The position numbers were made by a program, and so were the translations under genes. Under the pieces are notes generated by a model. The model was not told the origin of the DNA, ran no database searches, and saw only the letters and a program-made list of their open reading frames with translations. A DNA stretch of 64,000 bases, taken from positions 10,540,001-10,604,000 of the forward strand of contig OZ024752.1 in the NCBI GenBank assembly GCA_964016885.1, given 5' to 3'. This DNA is from Eledone cirrhosa (taxonomy: Eukaryota). Shown here in pieces: positions 13,446 through 27,302 of this stretch (position 1 is the stretch's first letter; the number at the start of each line of letters is the position of its first letter).

Positions 13446-13691
13446 ACACACGCATATACATACACATACATACATGTGTATATACATATTTACACAATTT
13501 TGAATGGCCGTGACTCTTATGAGTTCTTCCGCCCTTTGTCCAGGTTTTGTTTTTTGTCCTGCAGGGTGTCCAAAATCCCCCTTCTCACCAAGTAAACTTC
13601 GTGGGGTTGCCAGTTTAGTCGCCTAGGACCCGACCATACGACAGGTTGTACTGGTTTAGATGTTACCAGTAGCACCCAAGAGTGACCTGTC

Positions 13692-13742
<51 letters not shown>

Positions 13743-13745
<3 letters not shown>

Positions 13746-14065
13746 AAGGAACAAATAATCAGTGTTGTCTCATATACATATTTATTACTTATCACATATG
13801 TTTCACAGACAATCTCAGACGCCAGCCTGCATGTTAAAACATATCTAAGGAGCTTGCGATTCCAGAGTCAGGTTCGATCATCAATAGATGATTCCTCGAG
13901 CTGATCGACAGTGAAACATATGTAATATGCAATAAATATGTATATGATACAACATTGATTTGTTGTTCCCTTATATATTAATACTATTCATAATCTGTTC
14001 CCCAAGAGCATCGAATGCTCACCCGGCATACCGCGTACGGACGAAATTAACTTGTACCCTAACAC
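13743..14065. mobile_element. Older fold-back element (arms ~13743-13808 / 13910-13975)
   Basis: Diverged inverted arms; degenerate HHR remnant AGATGA...GAAA-CATATG-TA. Confidence 0.55.
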
Positions 14066-14212
14066 ACACACGCAGATACTCACATACACACACACACGCA
14101 CACACACACACACACATACACACATATGTATATATATATAGTATTATATAAAATATAATAAAGCGTAATCCAAAATCTCTTTTTCGTATATATATATATA
14201 TGTGTGTGTGTG

Positions 14213-14385
14213 TAGGGCGGGTAAAATTCCCAAGATCTATGGACGAGTTCTCTCCAGTGGTCTCTGTCCCTCATTATCGGTGCCATGTCGTGCGTCTCCA
14301 ACAGACCAGTGTCTCTCCTTAGGGCTTCAACATATGTTAACCTCGGTCTTCCTCTTCCAGTGTGTCCATGCTGGGGCTTGCACAC
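14213..14385 (-). pseudogene. RTE LINE 3' fragment
   Basis: PQHGHTGRGRPRLTYVEALRRDTGLLET...RDRDHWRELV, homologous to 4515-4684. Confidence 0.8.
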
Positions 14386-14504
14386 ATATAAATGAGTCAC
14401 CAACCAATAAACGTAATGAAGGCGCAACCATTCGTCATTGTATTATTATTATTATTATTATTATTTTATGTGTGTGTGTATATCTATCTATCTATCTATA
14501 TATA

Positions 14505-14543
<39 letters not shown>

Positions 14544-14590
14544 GAAATAACAGGAGGCCGGACTGGTGTAAATCCTTGAAAGGTTTATTG

Positions 14591-14646
14591 TACTATGATC
14601 ATTTCAATGACCGGGTTCCATATAAATCCGGTGATATCATCAGGTA
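14591..14646 (-). ncRNA. Type I minimal hammerhead motif
   Basis: Minus strand TAC-CTGATGA-..ACCGG...CCGGT..-GAAA-TGATCA-TA-GTA, palindromic TGATCA; element lies between TA tracts. Confidence 0.6.
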
Positions 14647-15285
14647 TTGGAATATAACAAAGGAATATGTAAAAAGCCATGGGTCCGAAAAACCATGGGT
14701 CCGAAAAACCATGGGTCCGAGAAACCAGAGACAGAGAAGGTGGCTGACCAAGTAGCTTCACAGCCAGCCGCCCTCAATATATATATATAGATATATACCC
14801 AAACACACACACACATGTATATCTATATATAGATAGATAGATATACATGTGTGTGTGTGTTTGGGTATGTGTGTGTATGAATGTCTATGATTACGCGTGT
14901 ATATGTCTTTGTACTTGTGTTTTATATCCGGTAACATAGACCATCGTCAAATAAAACCGATCAAACGAACCATGGATACTGTGTTGATATTGTAATCAGT
15001 AAATAAAGAAAAATTCTCTAAATTAGATATATGCATATTTATAGATTAATACAGATATAACGAGCTGGAAGGACTCTTCCAGTGCATACTCTGGTGAAAC
15101 GTCTGCTCCAATCCTTCCTCCGGGGTGACCGAGCAGCCAACACGTGGGTGCTCATTTCCTCATAGTAGTGAGAAGTGGGGAGAGCGGGTGAGACGGAGGC
15201 AGTGACAGTGACAATTTGAGTTTGGTTCCTTTGTGTTCGGACCTGGTCTATGTGTATATATTTTATTTCGGACGTATTTTGAATA

Positions 15286-15565
15286 TAATAGTTGTTTCTA
15301 CTTTGGCACAAACCAACAATTACCAAGCGTATTACTGGTACTTTATGCACCGGGTAATTGCTGGCTTCGAATATAATAATTGTTTCTACATTTGGCTCAA
15401 GGGCAGCAGTTATCCTAGTCTATTACTGGTACTTTATTTTATCGACCCCGTATGGATGAAAGGTAAAGTTAACACGGCGGGATTTGAACTCAGATCATAA
15501 AGGGCCGTAACTCTTTACTGCAAAGTATGGCGTCAGACCCGCTACCGTTACTGGCAATCCACCTC
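15286..15565 (-). mobile_element. tRNA-derived SINE with duplicated tail
   Basis: Matches the main SINE family. Confidence 0.8.
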
Positions 15566-15668
15566 CTTTAACATAACCACACGATTTGACATGACTTATA
15601 TATATATAAATGAAAGGTATAGAAAGTATTGTAGCAAGACGCCAACAGTATTCCATAATATATGTATA

Positions 15669-15784
<116 letters not shown>

Positions 15785-17003
15785 TGTTGTGGGAAAAACC
15801 CTGAATAAAACCACGCGGTGGTCTAGGCGAAACTCTATAAATAAAAAGAGTGAAGTGAACTATCATTTGGAACTGTGTACGGAGGCTCGTTGTAGTCACG
15901 TTGGTAGTTCGGAATTATGCCCGGTTGATACCTAACGTGTTACCCTCGTTTCGTACAGATATACAAAACAGGTGTGTCACACCATCATAGAATATAGGAT
16001 ATATTATAAGTATTAATATATCTATGTATGTCTTAGTCATACTACATGCTTTATTCTAAAACATACCACTTTGTAAAGTATGTCTCACTCACTGAGATAC
16101 GGCTGGATTATTGCGACATCTAATTCCGGATGATGCATTACAAATTATAGACATTTTGTTCTAGATATTAGCTTAAAGGTCACGACTTGTAATATGACTA
16201 GTGGGACAATTCTCCACCTTCTTGATTTTAAATAATTTCATGATTACCATGAACAATGTAGTAACTAAAATTATACTTTATTACAAATCAATACTTAATC
16301 ATACCATTAGTAACTACTGGCAAGACAGATTATAATGGTTTGGCCCAATTGGCACAGTTTCGTTGAAAATGCCTCTTAGTAATGATTTGCCTTGCTTTAC
16401 ATGTATAATATGCCATAACAAGCATATAAGTACGCATGTGTGTGTGTGTAAGTATATATATCTACACGAGCATTTTATGTGTGCATGTATATGTATGTAG
16501 AAGCATTATATGTGTGCATGTGTCTGTTTGCATGTATATCTACGCAGAAGCATTATATGTGCGTATGTGTATGTATGCACGTACATATATCCATATGTAT
16601 ATGTGTGCTCATGTGTGTGTTTGAAAGTATATATATTTACACGCATAATTTGTGAGCATGTGTGTGTTTGCAAGTACATGAATGCATACTCACAATATAT
16701 GCGCTTCTGTGTGTTTACAAGTATGTGTATAAACAAGCATTCTAGGTGTGCATGTGTGTATTTGCAAGTACATGTATGCACGAACATATAATATGTGCCC
16801 ATGTGAGTGTCTGCAAGAATATGTATGTACAAGCATATACATTGTTTGCGTGTAGTAAGAAGAAATTAATTAAACCTAATAACTAATGTTTTGATAATAC
16901 GAAACGGTGATAGCACGCTTTACTATAATCAATTCTTGAACATGGTACGATGATCATTTATGTGTATATACCAGGTGCGCTTCCAAACTCTTTTTTATCA
17001 TAT

Positions 17004-17091
<88 letters not shown>

Positions 17092-17331
17092 TTGCGAGGT
17101 TTTTTATATGAAATCGTGTGTCGAAACAAATATTGTTATACTTGGGGAGTGTCATATTTGTGTAATAATATTGCCAGAAGTAATAACAGAACATACTCAC
17201 TGTTTGGTTGGTTTTCGCTTCTGTGTCTTTTATATCGGTTAATTTAATTTATTCGGTCCTCAATGTTACCATTGACTGACCAACGGTAAAAAATAAAGAT
17301 ATAATATACACACAAACACATATATAGTCTA

Positions 17332-17371
17332 ACAAAGTTCTTTCGTTGCACATCTGCAACATTGTCAGTGA
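17332..17371 (-). ncRNA. Degenerate hammerhead in the PLE 3' repeat
   Basis: TCA-CTGACAA-T-GTTGCA(GATG)TGCAAC-GAAA-GAAC-TT-TGT; one core change (G8 to A). Confidence 0.6.
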
Positions 17372-17618
17372 TGCTATTATGTTTCCTCCTGTTGTATTGT
17401 ATGCCTACGCCTTCTTTATTTAGTCTGTTTATTATTCTTTTTTCTTCCCTGCGCATGCGTTTGCGTGTGTGCATAGTGTTTGATCGGTGTTCGTGTTTGG
17501 GTGACTGTGCATTGGTTATTGTATTCTATCTTAGTTTACTAGTGTGTGTTTATATGTGTTTGTTGTTATTGTGCTTGTGTATGTATTTATTTATTTATAC
17601 TTGTTGTTGTTATTCCAT

Positions 17619-18377
17619 TCATCTTTTTCTGTTAAGCCTTGGCCTTCTAATTTCTATTTCGCTGGCCTCTCTGATTTGCCTATCTGCTGGGTCATTTCTA
17701 TGTTTAGATATTATTCTAACTTCTATGTTGTCTATGTTACCGTTGTGTTGTTCTCTGGCATGTTCGTATAGTACTGAACCGTTTTTTCGTCTTTTTATAT
17801 TCCCCCAGTGTTGGTCTATTCTTTCACCTATGCTACGAGCTGTCTCGCCTATGTATGTTATTGTCATGTTTCTGCAAGTACCCTCTGTAAATCTTATGCT
17901 ATAGACTACGTTTCTAGTTTTACCGTTTATCCGGGCGTTTACTTTACATATAATACATTTCCTATTAGTGCAGTGGGTTTTCTTAAAAGGGTAGGTTGTG
18001 CTGATCAGGGATTTTATGGTGGTTCCTGGCTTTTCTACCACGTTAATATTTAAGTGGGTCTTTCTCAGGGTCTTTCTACACTGGTTAGCTAATTTCCCCC
18101 CAGGGGTAGCGTCCACAAACATGACACTCTGGTATCTCTGGTTGTCGTACCATGAGGGGGCTTTCCCTGTCTTATGTCTAGTCGTATCTAAGCTATTCCA
18201 TGATTTGCTCCCGTATAATGGGAAAATTCCTTTCATGTCCAGTCCTTTGAGAGTCTTATACTTCTCCGTGGCTCCTTCGTATACTCTGATTCTGTGTCTT
18301 TGGTTGTAGCCAGAGAACTGCATGCGGTTGATGAGATGAAGTATTGGATGTGCCTTTCCATTTATGTTGGGTCGCAC
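17619..18377 (-). pseudogene. Penelope-like RT C-terminal region, Cys-rich linker and GIY-YIG endonuclease
   Basis: CTNRKCIIC linker; VVYSI...YIGETARSIGERIDQH; SVLYEH..EQH; RQIREASEI; terminal LNRK. The upstream RT is broken (18431-18646 remnant). Confidence 0.85.
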
Positions 18378-18749
18378 ATGCGGGACACATACTAGCCCCT
18401 ATTGCATGTGCGACCATTTTTCTTACCTGATCATTGTTTTGGGGGGTCCGTATGGCTTTGGTCCACCCAATCCACCTTCCCATGGGAGTCTTTTTTTGCC
18501 ATTGAGGTTATGGTGGGGGGAGGTCTACCTCTTATGGGTTTACTAAGGAAGAAACGTCTAAGGTCATGGCTGTCTAGGTAGTCAGTGTCATAGGTAAGTC
18601 TAAGTAGGAGGCCCAGTTCGTCTGTGTCGACGTCGCAGTACTCCACCTCACAAACAAACCAAACAGTGAGTGTGTTCTGTTATTAATTCTGGCAATATTA
18701 TTACACAAATATGACCCTCCCCTATATATATATATATATATATATACAA

Positions 18750-18895
18750 ATACATGAAAGATTCAGGGCCCTGTCGGCTGTGCTGCGGTCGGATCTAGTT
18801 GTCGAAACGGCCGGAGCTCATCCATCGGGGCGCTGAATTTTTTCATCTACTACCCGAAGTATCGAGTACTGTGGTGCGTTATGGTGCCTCTGGTA
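18750..18895. mobile_element. Short diverged fold-back element
   Basis: Same family as 59185-59350 and ~42143-42185 (GTCGAAACGGCCG..GCTCAGCCGTCGGGG). Confidence 0.55.
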
Positions 18896-18903
18896 TCTTT
18901 GTT

Positions 18904-18943
<40 letters not shown>

Positions 18944-20688
18944 TCATATTCGTATATGCTATTTATATATATATTCACTATTATGGGTACGTGTTGATAC
19001 TTGCTACTCTTGAGTTTCACTTGGGTACTTACAGGATCACCAAGAGTAATTAGTGGACAGGTGTACTTAGTTGAGTGGGGAGTAAGTTAAATATAAGATG
19101 GAGGAAGGATATTGCGAAAGAAGCATTGGAGATAATCAAGAGAAGAATAAATTAATCTGAATAAAATATTAAGCAATCCCTTTAAATGATAAGAGAGTTT
19201 GTAGATTTGTTTGTAAGTGAAGTGTACGGAGGGATTTTTCATTTCAAATGAAAGACAAGTCGAGACAATAAAAAATGAGACCGATTGGAAGACAGCTAAA
19301 CAAATAGAATTAGGGTTATTTGATTTACTGAGGAATATGGACCTTCATAATGATAATGGGTTTGAAGGAGTGTGACTTGAAGGAGAGTATATTTTATGCA
19401 GTAAATATGACGCAGTTTCCAACCGTTAGAAAGTTGTTGAAAACTGGTATTGATTTTTGGTAGGAGTGTTTAGAAATGACGAGCTGAATAGGAGTGTGGT
19501 AGAATTGAGACCAGAGAGAGTGATGTGGTGGAGGAGATCAAAGGGGGGCAAAATGTAGATATTTGAAAAAAAAAGAATGAAAATTTGAATTCAAAACGAA
19601 TGACAAAGAAAATCAAATAATAGATATTACTATTGCGTTCACATCTAACATTTTCATTTGTGGTTGGAATGATAAAAGGGATATTATACAATGATATTAT
19701 TCATTTAATTTTAATTGTATGCAAATAATAAAGCATAAAAACAGACAACAATTGGAAATAAAGCAAAACGAATGGAGGGGGCTGATATGGGAAGGGATAA
19801 ATTCTACACCTTTGATTGGACAAGATAGTGAAATCATAGCTGCGGAGAAACGCTTGAGCTACTCGCTGTGTCAGACATTTTACCGCAGGGGTCTCCTTCC
19901 TCATGCAAAATGACTTCCGTTGAATGTGATGATGGGAACTGGAAGGTCAGGGTCTGAGAGCAATTTATTACCTCAATATTGAGTTTAAATGAAAGTAAAA
20001 ACTGTGAAGTGAGGGTTGGCATGAGTACTAGACACACCTAACCTTTTCTCTGTGTATGGTTAGTGTCTCGTTTTACAGACAATCGACGTGTAAGTGTATA
20101 TATGTGTGCGTGTGTGTATGCGCATATGCATGCATTTATATGTATGAGTATATACATATAAATGCGCAAACACAGACACACTTACAAAAATACACACTCA
20201 CAGACATGCATTCACACACATACACACACATTCACAGGTGGTGCCCCAGCATGGCCTGAGCCAGATGGGGTGAACAGGGAAAAGTGTAAAAGAGTATTCA
20301 TTCCCACAAACACACACATACTCATACACTCACACACAGCGTAGTAAATGGAACGCCCACCACTCTTTTGCTACAGTGTTTTCATCATCGCCTTCCATCC
20401 TTTTACACACACATACATATTTACACAAACTAACACACCGTGTGACAGACGGAAATTGCTCAAATTTATATTTAGATGAAATTTTGCTAGCACGTTTACA
20501 ATGTCGTATAACCCGAGAAATCAAGATTAAATGATTTTAATCAAGAAAGATATTGTTGCTGCTTGAACATCAAAAAGCAACGAATATCTCTTACATATAT
20601 CTATATTAAATTGGACAATGAACTAAACATATTTGAATGAAAAACGATGAGTCACTGACAGAAACACTTTATATTGGATATAAATAAT

Positions 20689-20874
20689 TGTTTCTACTTT
20701 TGGCACAAGGCAACAATTACCCAGTGCATTACTGGTACTTTATTTTATCGACCCCGTAAGGATGAAAGACAAAGTTGACCTTGGCGGGATTTGAAGTCTG
20801 AATGGTAAGGGCCGTAATTCTATGCGTCAAAGCATGGCGTCCGACCCTCTACCGATACTGTCAATCCACCGCCC
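20689..20874 (-). mobile_element. tRNA-derived SINE with 15-bp target site duplication
   Basis: TTGGATATAAATAAT at 20674-20688 and 20875-20889. Confidence 0.9.
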
Positions 20875-21756
20875 TTGGATATAAATAATGGAAAGATTAC
20901 AGTGTGACATTTCGAAGTTTGTCCATAGAACTATCGAGAATTATTTACATTAGTAATCTGATTCCAGTAAGAAGCTAGAATGTGTATTTTTTCTGAATTT
21001 TTTCTCGGACAAACAAATGAAGTTTCTTAATTATCTGGAACAGAAAGGACCAGTGTCGGTTTCAAGGGTGAATATTCTACTTCCATGATCCCCAGGATAG
21101 CCTGCTCTTGAAAAGTAGGTATAAATTGCTGAACATTCCTGAAACACTTGTTATTTTTTACGGGACCCAAAGGCGTGTTTTAAGTCCCGCCTGAGAGCTC
21201 ACCCATTGAATTAGATGTAGCTTCCATCGGACGAGCCTTCAGTTCCACTAAAGAAACAGACAAGAAACGCATGGGTCGACCCAAGGGTAAAGTAAATGAA
21301 TATTTCTCAATAAGCCAGACAGTGAGATTAAACCCTAGATCTAATGATTGTGGTGCAAATATTTTACACTAAGGTTGTGTACATATCTTTCATTTAAATG
21401 TCGTGTTGGAAATTTCAATACGGAAATTGTATAAAGCTAATGGAATTTATATTTGTTTTCACTTCAGAATGAATATATATTCAAACTTGACACCTTGTCA
21501 TCAATCAAATTCTCTCTAAATATTATTTAATGAAAGAAATATATTTTATCAAATATATTGTTGAACTGATTACATTCTACGATACTATCTAAAAACCTTC
21601 CATTATATTTTCATAAAAGAACCATTGTTAAGTCACAAATAAGGCTTTACAGAACTGTTACGATTAGATAGATAATAACTATGTAGATAATAGACACAGT
21701 ACATATGTATATGTATGTATATGTGGTGTGATAAATATATAGACAATAGACACAGA

Positions 21757-21844
<88 letters not shown>

Positions 21845-22011
21845 TTGTGTGTGTGTGTGGTGTGATAAATATATAGATAATAAACACAGTACATATATAT
21901 ATGTATGTATATGCGGTGTGATAAAATATATAGATAATAGACACTGTATATCAATATCGGTTTCTACACACGTTTTCAGATAAAGAATCTTGCTAAACAA
22001 ATTCAGAAACG

Positions 22012-22080
<69 letters not shown>

Positions 22081-22372
22081 TATGTGGTGTGATAAATATA
22101 TACATATAAGCCAGGTCTGAAAATAATGGAACCAATCACCCACAGTCACTGCCTTCGTCTCCCGCTCTTCATACCATTTATTTTCGGTAAAGGTTATCGA
22201 AATCGCAAGACGAAAAGGACAAGATATAGCCTATATAATTTTTGTAAAGTTTAATTCTGTAGAGTGAATGATCTACTTTCTAGTATGAGTCGTTAGGCAT
22301 ACATTTCTCTCCCACACACACGCAGACATACACACTCACACACACACACACTAATACACCACACACACACAT

Positions 22373-22414
<42 letters not shown>

Positions 22415-22728
22415 TTAATATAGAAATACCTTGTACAGGACTAGAACTGTTTCATATATATATATATACAAATGGAATATAAGAAGTTTCGCGTAAATCG
22501 AAGCACGGGTCCCGAGATATGGGGTTTTCTTGATATCTTGATAAAATGAGAGAGTTAGAAGGATAGAAAGAAAGAGATATCTGGTGTGAGAGAGTAGATG
22601 GAAAGAGAGTCATAGAGAGAGGGTGAGGAGACAGAGAGAGAGAGAGAGCTGAACTGAAATAACAACACAGTCGGTACAGTATATGGAAGGGATATATTAG
22701 GTTAATGCTTAATATAGCTGGAAGAGAG

Positions 22729-22763
22729 TTTTAACGTTTCGGACATTAGTCTTTCATCAAAAG
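22729..22763 (-). ncRNA. Degenerate minimal hammerhead
   Basis: TTT-TTGATGA-AAGAC(TAAT)GTCC-GAAA-CG-TT-AAA; C3 changed to U without a compensating A8. Confidence 0.4.
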
Positions 22764-22807
22764 AAAGAATGATAAATTTGATAGATTGAGGGGACGGGTG
22801 GGTTGTA

Positions 22808-22871
<64 letters not shown>

Positions 22872-24018
22872 AAGTTGATATATATATATCACGAATTACA
22901 TATTTATTTAATATACGATTTAATTATCAAAATAAATAATTCGGTTCGACAATACACAGAAAAGCTAAATCTACAAGATTTTTGGAAATAAACATTATTT
23001 GAATATACAATTTTGCCGAATTATCTAATGAATGGTAAATATTTTAGCTATTAATTATTGCGTGTTTAATCGTTTTAAAGATCATTATACTAAAGCACTC
23101 GGTAGATGATAAATCAGAAGAGATGCCAAGTACGTCAAATTAAAGTCGTTTTGCACCACTTTTCGGGCAATTAAAACCAATGTCCATTAATACAATATAA
23201 TCTTAAATACAATAAGTACATCTAGACTAAAACGTTTATGAAGGTAATGTGGGCTAAAATTAAGCATACTATATATTTCTGTTTTTAAGTTAATATATTC
23301 AATGATTTAGTGTGTACAAGTGCCTAAGACATCCTGTGGAAATACCAAATGATGTTAAATTTGTTGGCACAGTTTTTATTTTGAAATAATTCTATTTGAT
23401 TTTATGAATTTAGTGCCAAACTGGCGAAATCAATTTTCTTACTACATTTTATGGTTTTGTCACATTCGCAAATTGAATAGAGATATTAAACACGGTGTCA
23501 TGCTCGCATACGTGTGTATATATATTGGAATTCGATTTTACTAACACACAGCGATATTTTGAACACACATCTTTGCTTGGGTTGAATTAAACATATAGAT
23601 TAACTTAAAAGTAAACATAGTTATGACTGTCGAATTTAGTTGGAAAATGGTAAAGTATAATGCAAACATACTTGACAAAGAAACCTGTAATGAATAAAGT
23701 TGATAGGGAGGGTAACATTTGTACATGAATAGGTCTGAGGTAATCGAGGAAATTAAATTCATCTCAACAAAATATGATATCAATGTATATATTTTTTTTT
23801 TCAAACAATATAGTATATCTGAATTGAAATCACCTGAAGCGTTAGTACTATAAGTAGATTGTATATCATATTAATTAAGTCAGCATATTTAACATGACAA
23901 TAACTGAGCTGTTGAGGTTTAACAATTATGTTATATCAATACACTAGTGAAAAAAAAAAATATATATATATATATATATACATATATGTATGTATATATA
24001 TATACATATATGTATATG

Positions 24019-24114
<96 letters not shown>

Positions 24115-24206
24115 CATATATATACATATATGTATATATATATATAAATATATATATACATATAAAGACATATGTCTAAATATATATATACTTATATATA
24201 TATATA

Positions 24207-24351
<145 letters not shown>

Positions 24352-24621
24352 GATATAGATAGATAAATATACACGGGTGTGTATGATTGTGTATAGAAGA
24401 TTATATTAATAAAAGGAATTCCCACTTTGTCCTATTTACTCGTTTTATTTACAATACTTTAAAATTTATAATGGTATTATAATGAAATAGTATGGTAGAA
24501 TATTAAATGTTAAGTGTTAATTGAACAAGTATATTCATGCTTTCGCAATCTTCAGGTTCATAATGTGCGGTGACAGTAAAGTTTGCAATTTTCAACTGCA
24601 ATTTTCAACTATATATATATA

Positions 24622-24690
<69 letters not shown>

Positions 24691-24695
<5 letters not shown>

Positions 24696-25116
24696 TAAAC
24701 GGAATAGAAAATGCTGACAAATTGTTCACAGTTGAAAAATGGTTTAATTAGGAATAAAAGAGTATTAGTGATTGTATGGGTTAGTATTCAGTTGTGGTTT
24801 TAAGTTTTTAAGTTTTTACCGGTTGCGCATTTCTAAATGCTTTTCAAAAATAATTTTGAGATAGAGTGTCCGTGCTGTTTGCAGATCAGAGCAAACAGCA
24901 CGGACACTCTATCTAAAAATTATTTTTGAAAAGCATTTAGAAATGCGCAACCGGTAAAAACTTAAAAACTTAAAACCACAACTGAATACTAACCCATACA
25001 GTCACTAATACTCTTTTATTCCTAATTAAACCATTTTTCAACTGTGAACAATTTGTCAGCATTTTCTATTCCGTTTACCAATATATAATAACTTGTGTGT
25101 TACACCTCTATTCTTT

Positions 25117-25120
<4 letters not shown>
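24691..25120. mobile_element. Near-perfect ~190-bp-arm fold-back element in (TA)n
   Basis: Arms 24691-24882 / 24890-25082 with few mismatches, short tail. Confidence 0.9.
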
Positions 25121-25198
<78 letters not shown>

Positions 25199-25534
25199 GA
25201 CATGTGTATGTGTTTGCTTATATAGATTAGTGTATCAACGTTCTATGAATAATACTTGTGTATGAAGTTTAATCATTAGGAAAAGATACTGAGAATCTGC
25301 TAAACCAAATGTTTGTAGTGTCAAACAGACGATAAAATATATGATTAATAATTCAAACTGTATGTCAAACGAAACCAAATCTATTCATAATGTTACATTA
25401 TATTGAAGATTAAATAAAATATAGGTGGTTTCATAACATACTGCGAATGCATGGTAACACGTGTCATGTTAAACCTTGCCTCCCACCAATGTCGCCTTGT
25501 CCTAATATATATATAGAGAGAGAGACGGCGATGG

Positions 25535-26157
25535 ATTTGTTTTGCAAGGTTTTTGATATGAAATCGTGTGTTGAAACAAATATTGTTATACTTGGTTAGG
25601 GTCATATTGTTGTAATAATATTGCCAGAAATAATTAGAGAACACACTCACTGTTTGGTTGGTTTTCGCTTCTGCGTCTATTATATCTACATAGTTAACTT
25701 ATTTGGCAATATTATATTTAACAATTTAGGGCGGTGAATTGGCAGTATCGGTAGAGGGTCGGACACCATGCTTTGATGCATAGAGTTACGGCCCTAGCCA
25801 TTCTGAGTTCAAATCCCGTCGAGGTTAACTTTGCCTTTCATCCTTACGGGGTCGATAAAATAAAGTACCAGTAATGTACTGGTTAATTGCTGGCCTTGTG
25901 CCAATAGTAGAAACAATTATTACAACAATATATGGCGGTGGATTGGCAGCATCGGTAAATCGTCGGGCAACATGCTTAGCGGCATATAGTTATGGCCCTT
26001 TACGTTCTAAGTTCCAATCCCGCCGAGGATAGCTTTGCCTTTCATCCTTACGGAGTCGATAAAATAAAGTACCAGACACGCACTGGGGTCGATTTGATCG
26101 ACTTTCCCCTCCCCCCATTATTACAACAATATGACCCTCCCCAAATATAACAATATA
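25535..26157. mobile_element. Non-coding fold-back derivative of the 17087-18722 PLE interrupted by two SINEs
   Basis: 25535-25685 matches 17087-17235; 26118-26155 is an inverted copy of ~25580-25620; SINEs at 25729-25921 and 25934-26110 (plus strand). Confidence 0.75.
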
Positions 26158-27257
26158 TATAGAGAGATTTGTTAATTTAGTCCAACAAAGAAACGTGTTG
26201 GACAGCATGTGGTTTCATCAGCGAAATGTTATGTATACTTTATGTATACTTTCTGATCAATATCTCCTCTTTTAACACAAAATTACTCACCTGATGAAAA
26301 AACGAATCCTTAAATTTTGAATAGTGATTATTTAAATAATTTATAATGCCTCGTCCTGCTTTTTCCGTTTTTGAAAACATGGTTGGGAGACGTATATATG
26401 AGTGAGATTTCGTATTATACACTTCTCTAAATGGTGTTTTTTTGTCATAAGTTTAATATATTAAATTGCTTCTCTGAGTGATATTTTATCTGTATTATCC
26501 ATTCATTGAGATGTCTAAGTAGTAGTGAAAAACATCCATTTAATTAATATAATAATACAAAATATATTATGTTAAATCAGTTCTATTGAATTAATGTTTC
26601 TTTCACGTTTTCTAAAACCAGATGCTTTTAAGAATATTCACTTCTTTTTTTCGATAGATAATTTGTTGTCAGGCAAGTGATAAACACTTTATTATTTTTT
26701 TTCATGTTATTACTTTTTGCTCGAAACCCTAATCAAATCCTTATGAAATTAATATAACTATTTCACGATACACTTCTAACATATTTCACTTTTCCATCTA
26801 GCTTGCCCATTTTTATTGCGGTAAGACCGCTCGCTTGATAACATATTTATTTATTCAATTACCAGAATAACAATGTATAAAAGAATAGCTTCCGATATAA
26901 ATAATACATAGCATTATATCATTTCTCAATGAAGTGCAGTAAATAAATTGCCTTTATTCCCCTCTAAGTTTCTATTAGTATTTCACTTAAAATGGCATTT
27001 CATTGGATTGTTGTTATCATTATTTGGGGTCATGTGTGTGTGTAGTATATATATATATATATATATACATATACAGATTAGAGCAAAAGTCACGAGCGCT
27101 CTATCACAAAATTATTTTTGTAAAGCATTAGAAATGCGCAACCGTTAAAAACTTAAAACTAAAACTGATAATTATTACTAATTTATACTTACTTATTCCT
27201 AATTAGACTATTTTTCACTGGTAAAAATTTGTCACCATTTTATTTTCCTTTATACTA

Positions 27258-27301
<44 letters not shown>

Positions 27302-27302
<1 letters not shown>

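Larger units (their letters stand above)
17087..18722 (-). mobile_element. 5'-truncated Penelope-like retroelement with inverted terminal copy
   Basis: GIY-YIG coding remnant; 18652-18722 is an inverted copy of 17144-17213; (TA)n on both sides. Confidence 0.85.

Noticed and set aside
13515-13685. HDV-like ribozyme in an RTE-like 5' UTR fragment
   Set aside because: Could not build the nested double pseudoknot by eye.
14676-14725. Three tandem AAAACCATGGGTCCG units
   Set aside because: Short slippage repeat within a mobile element; no evidence of function.
17362-17904. 180-aa hydrophobic plus-strand ORF
   Set aside because: Antisense shadow of the purine-rich Penelope ORF.
19090-19700. Possible decayed Penelope RT on the minus strand (NILSF..., PSVHFT)
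   Set aside because: Only faint motif resemblance with many stops; needs an HMM search.
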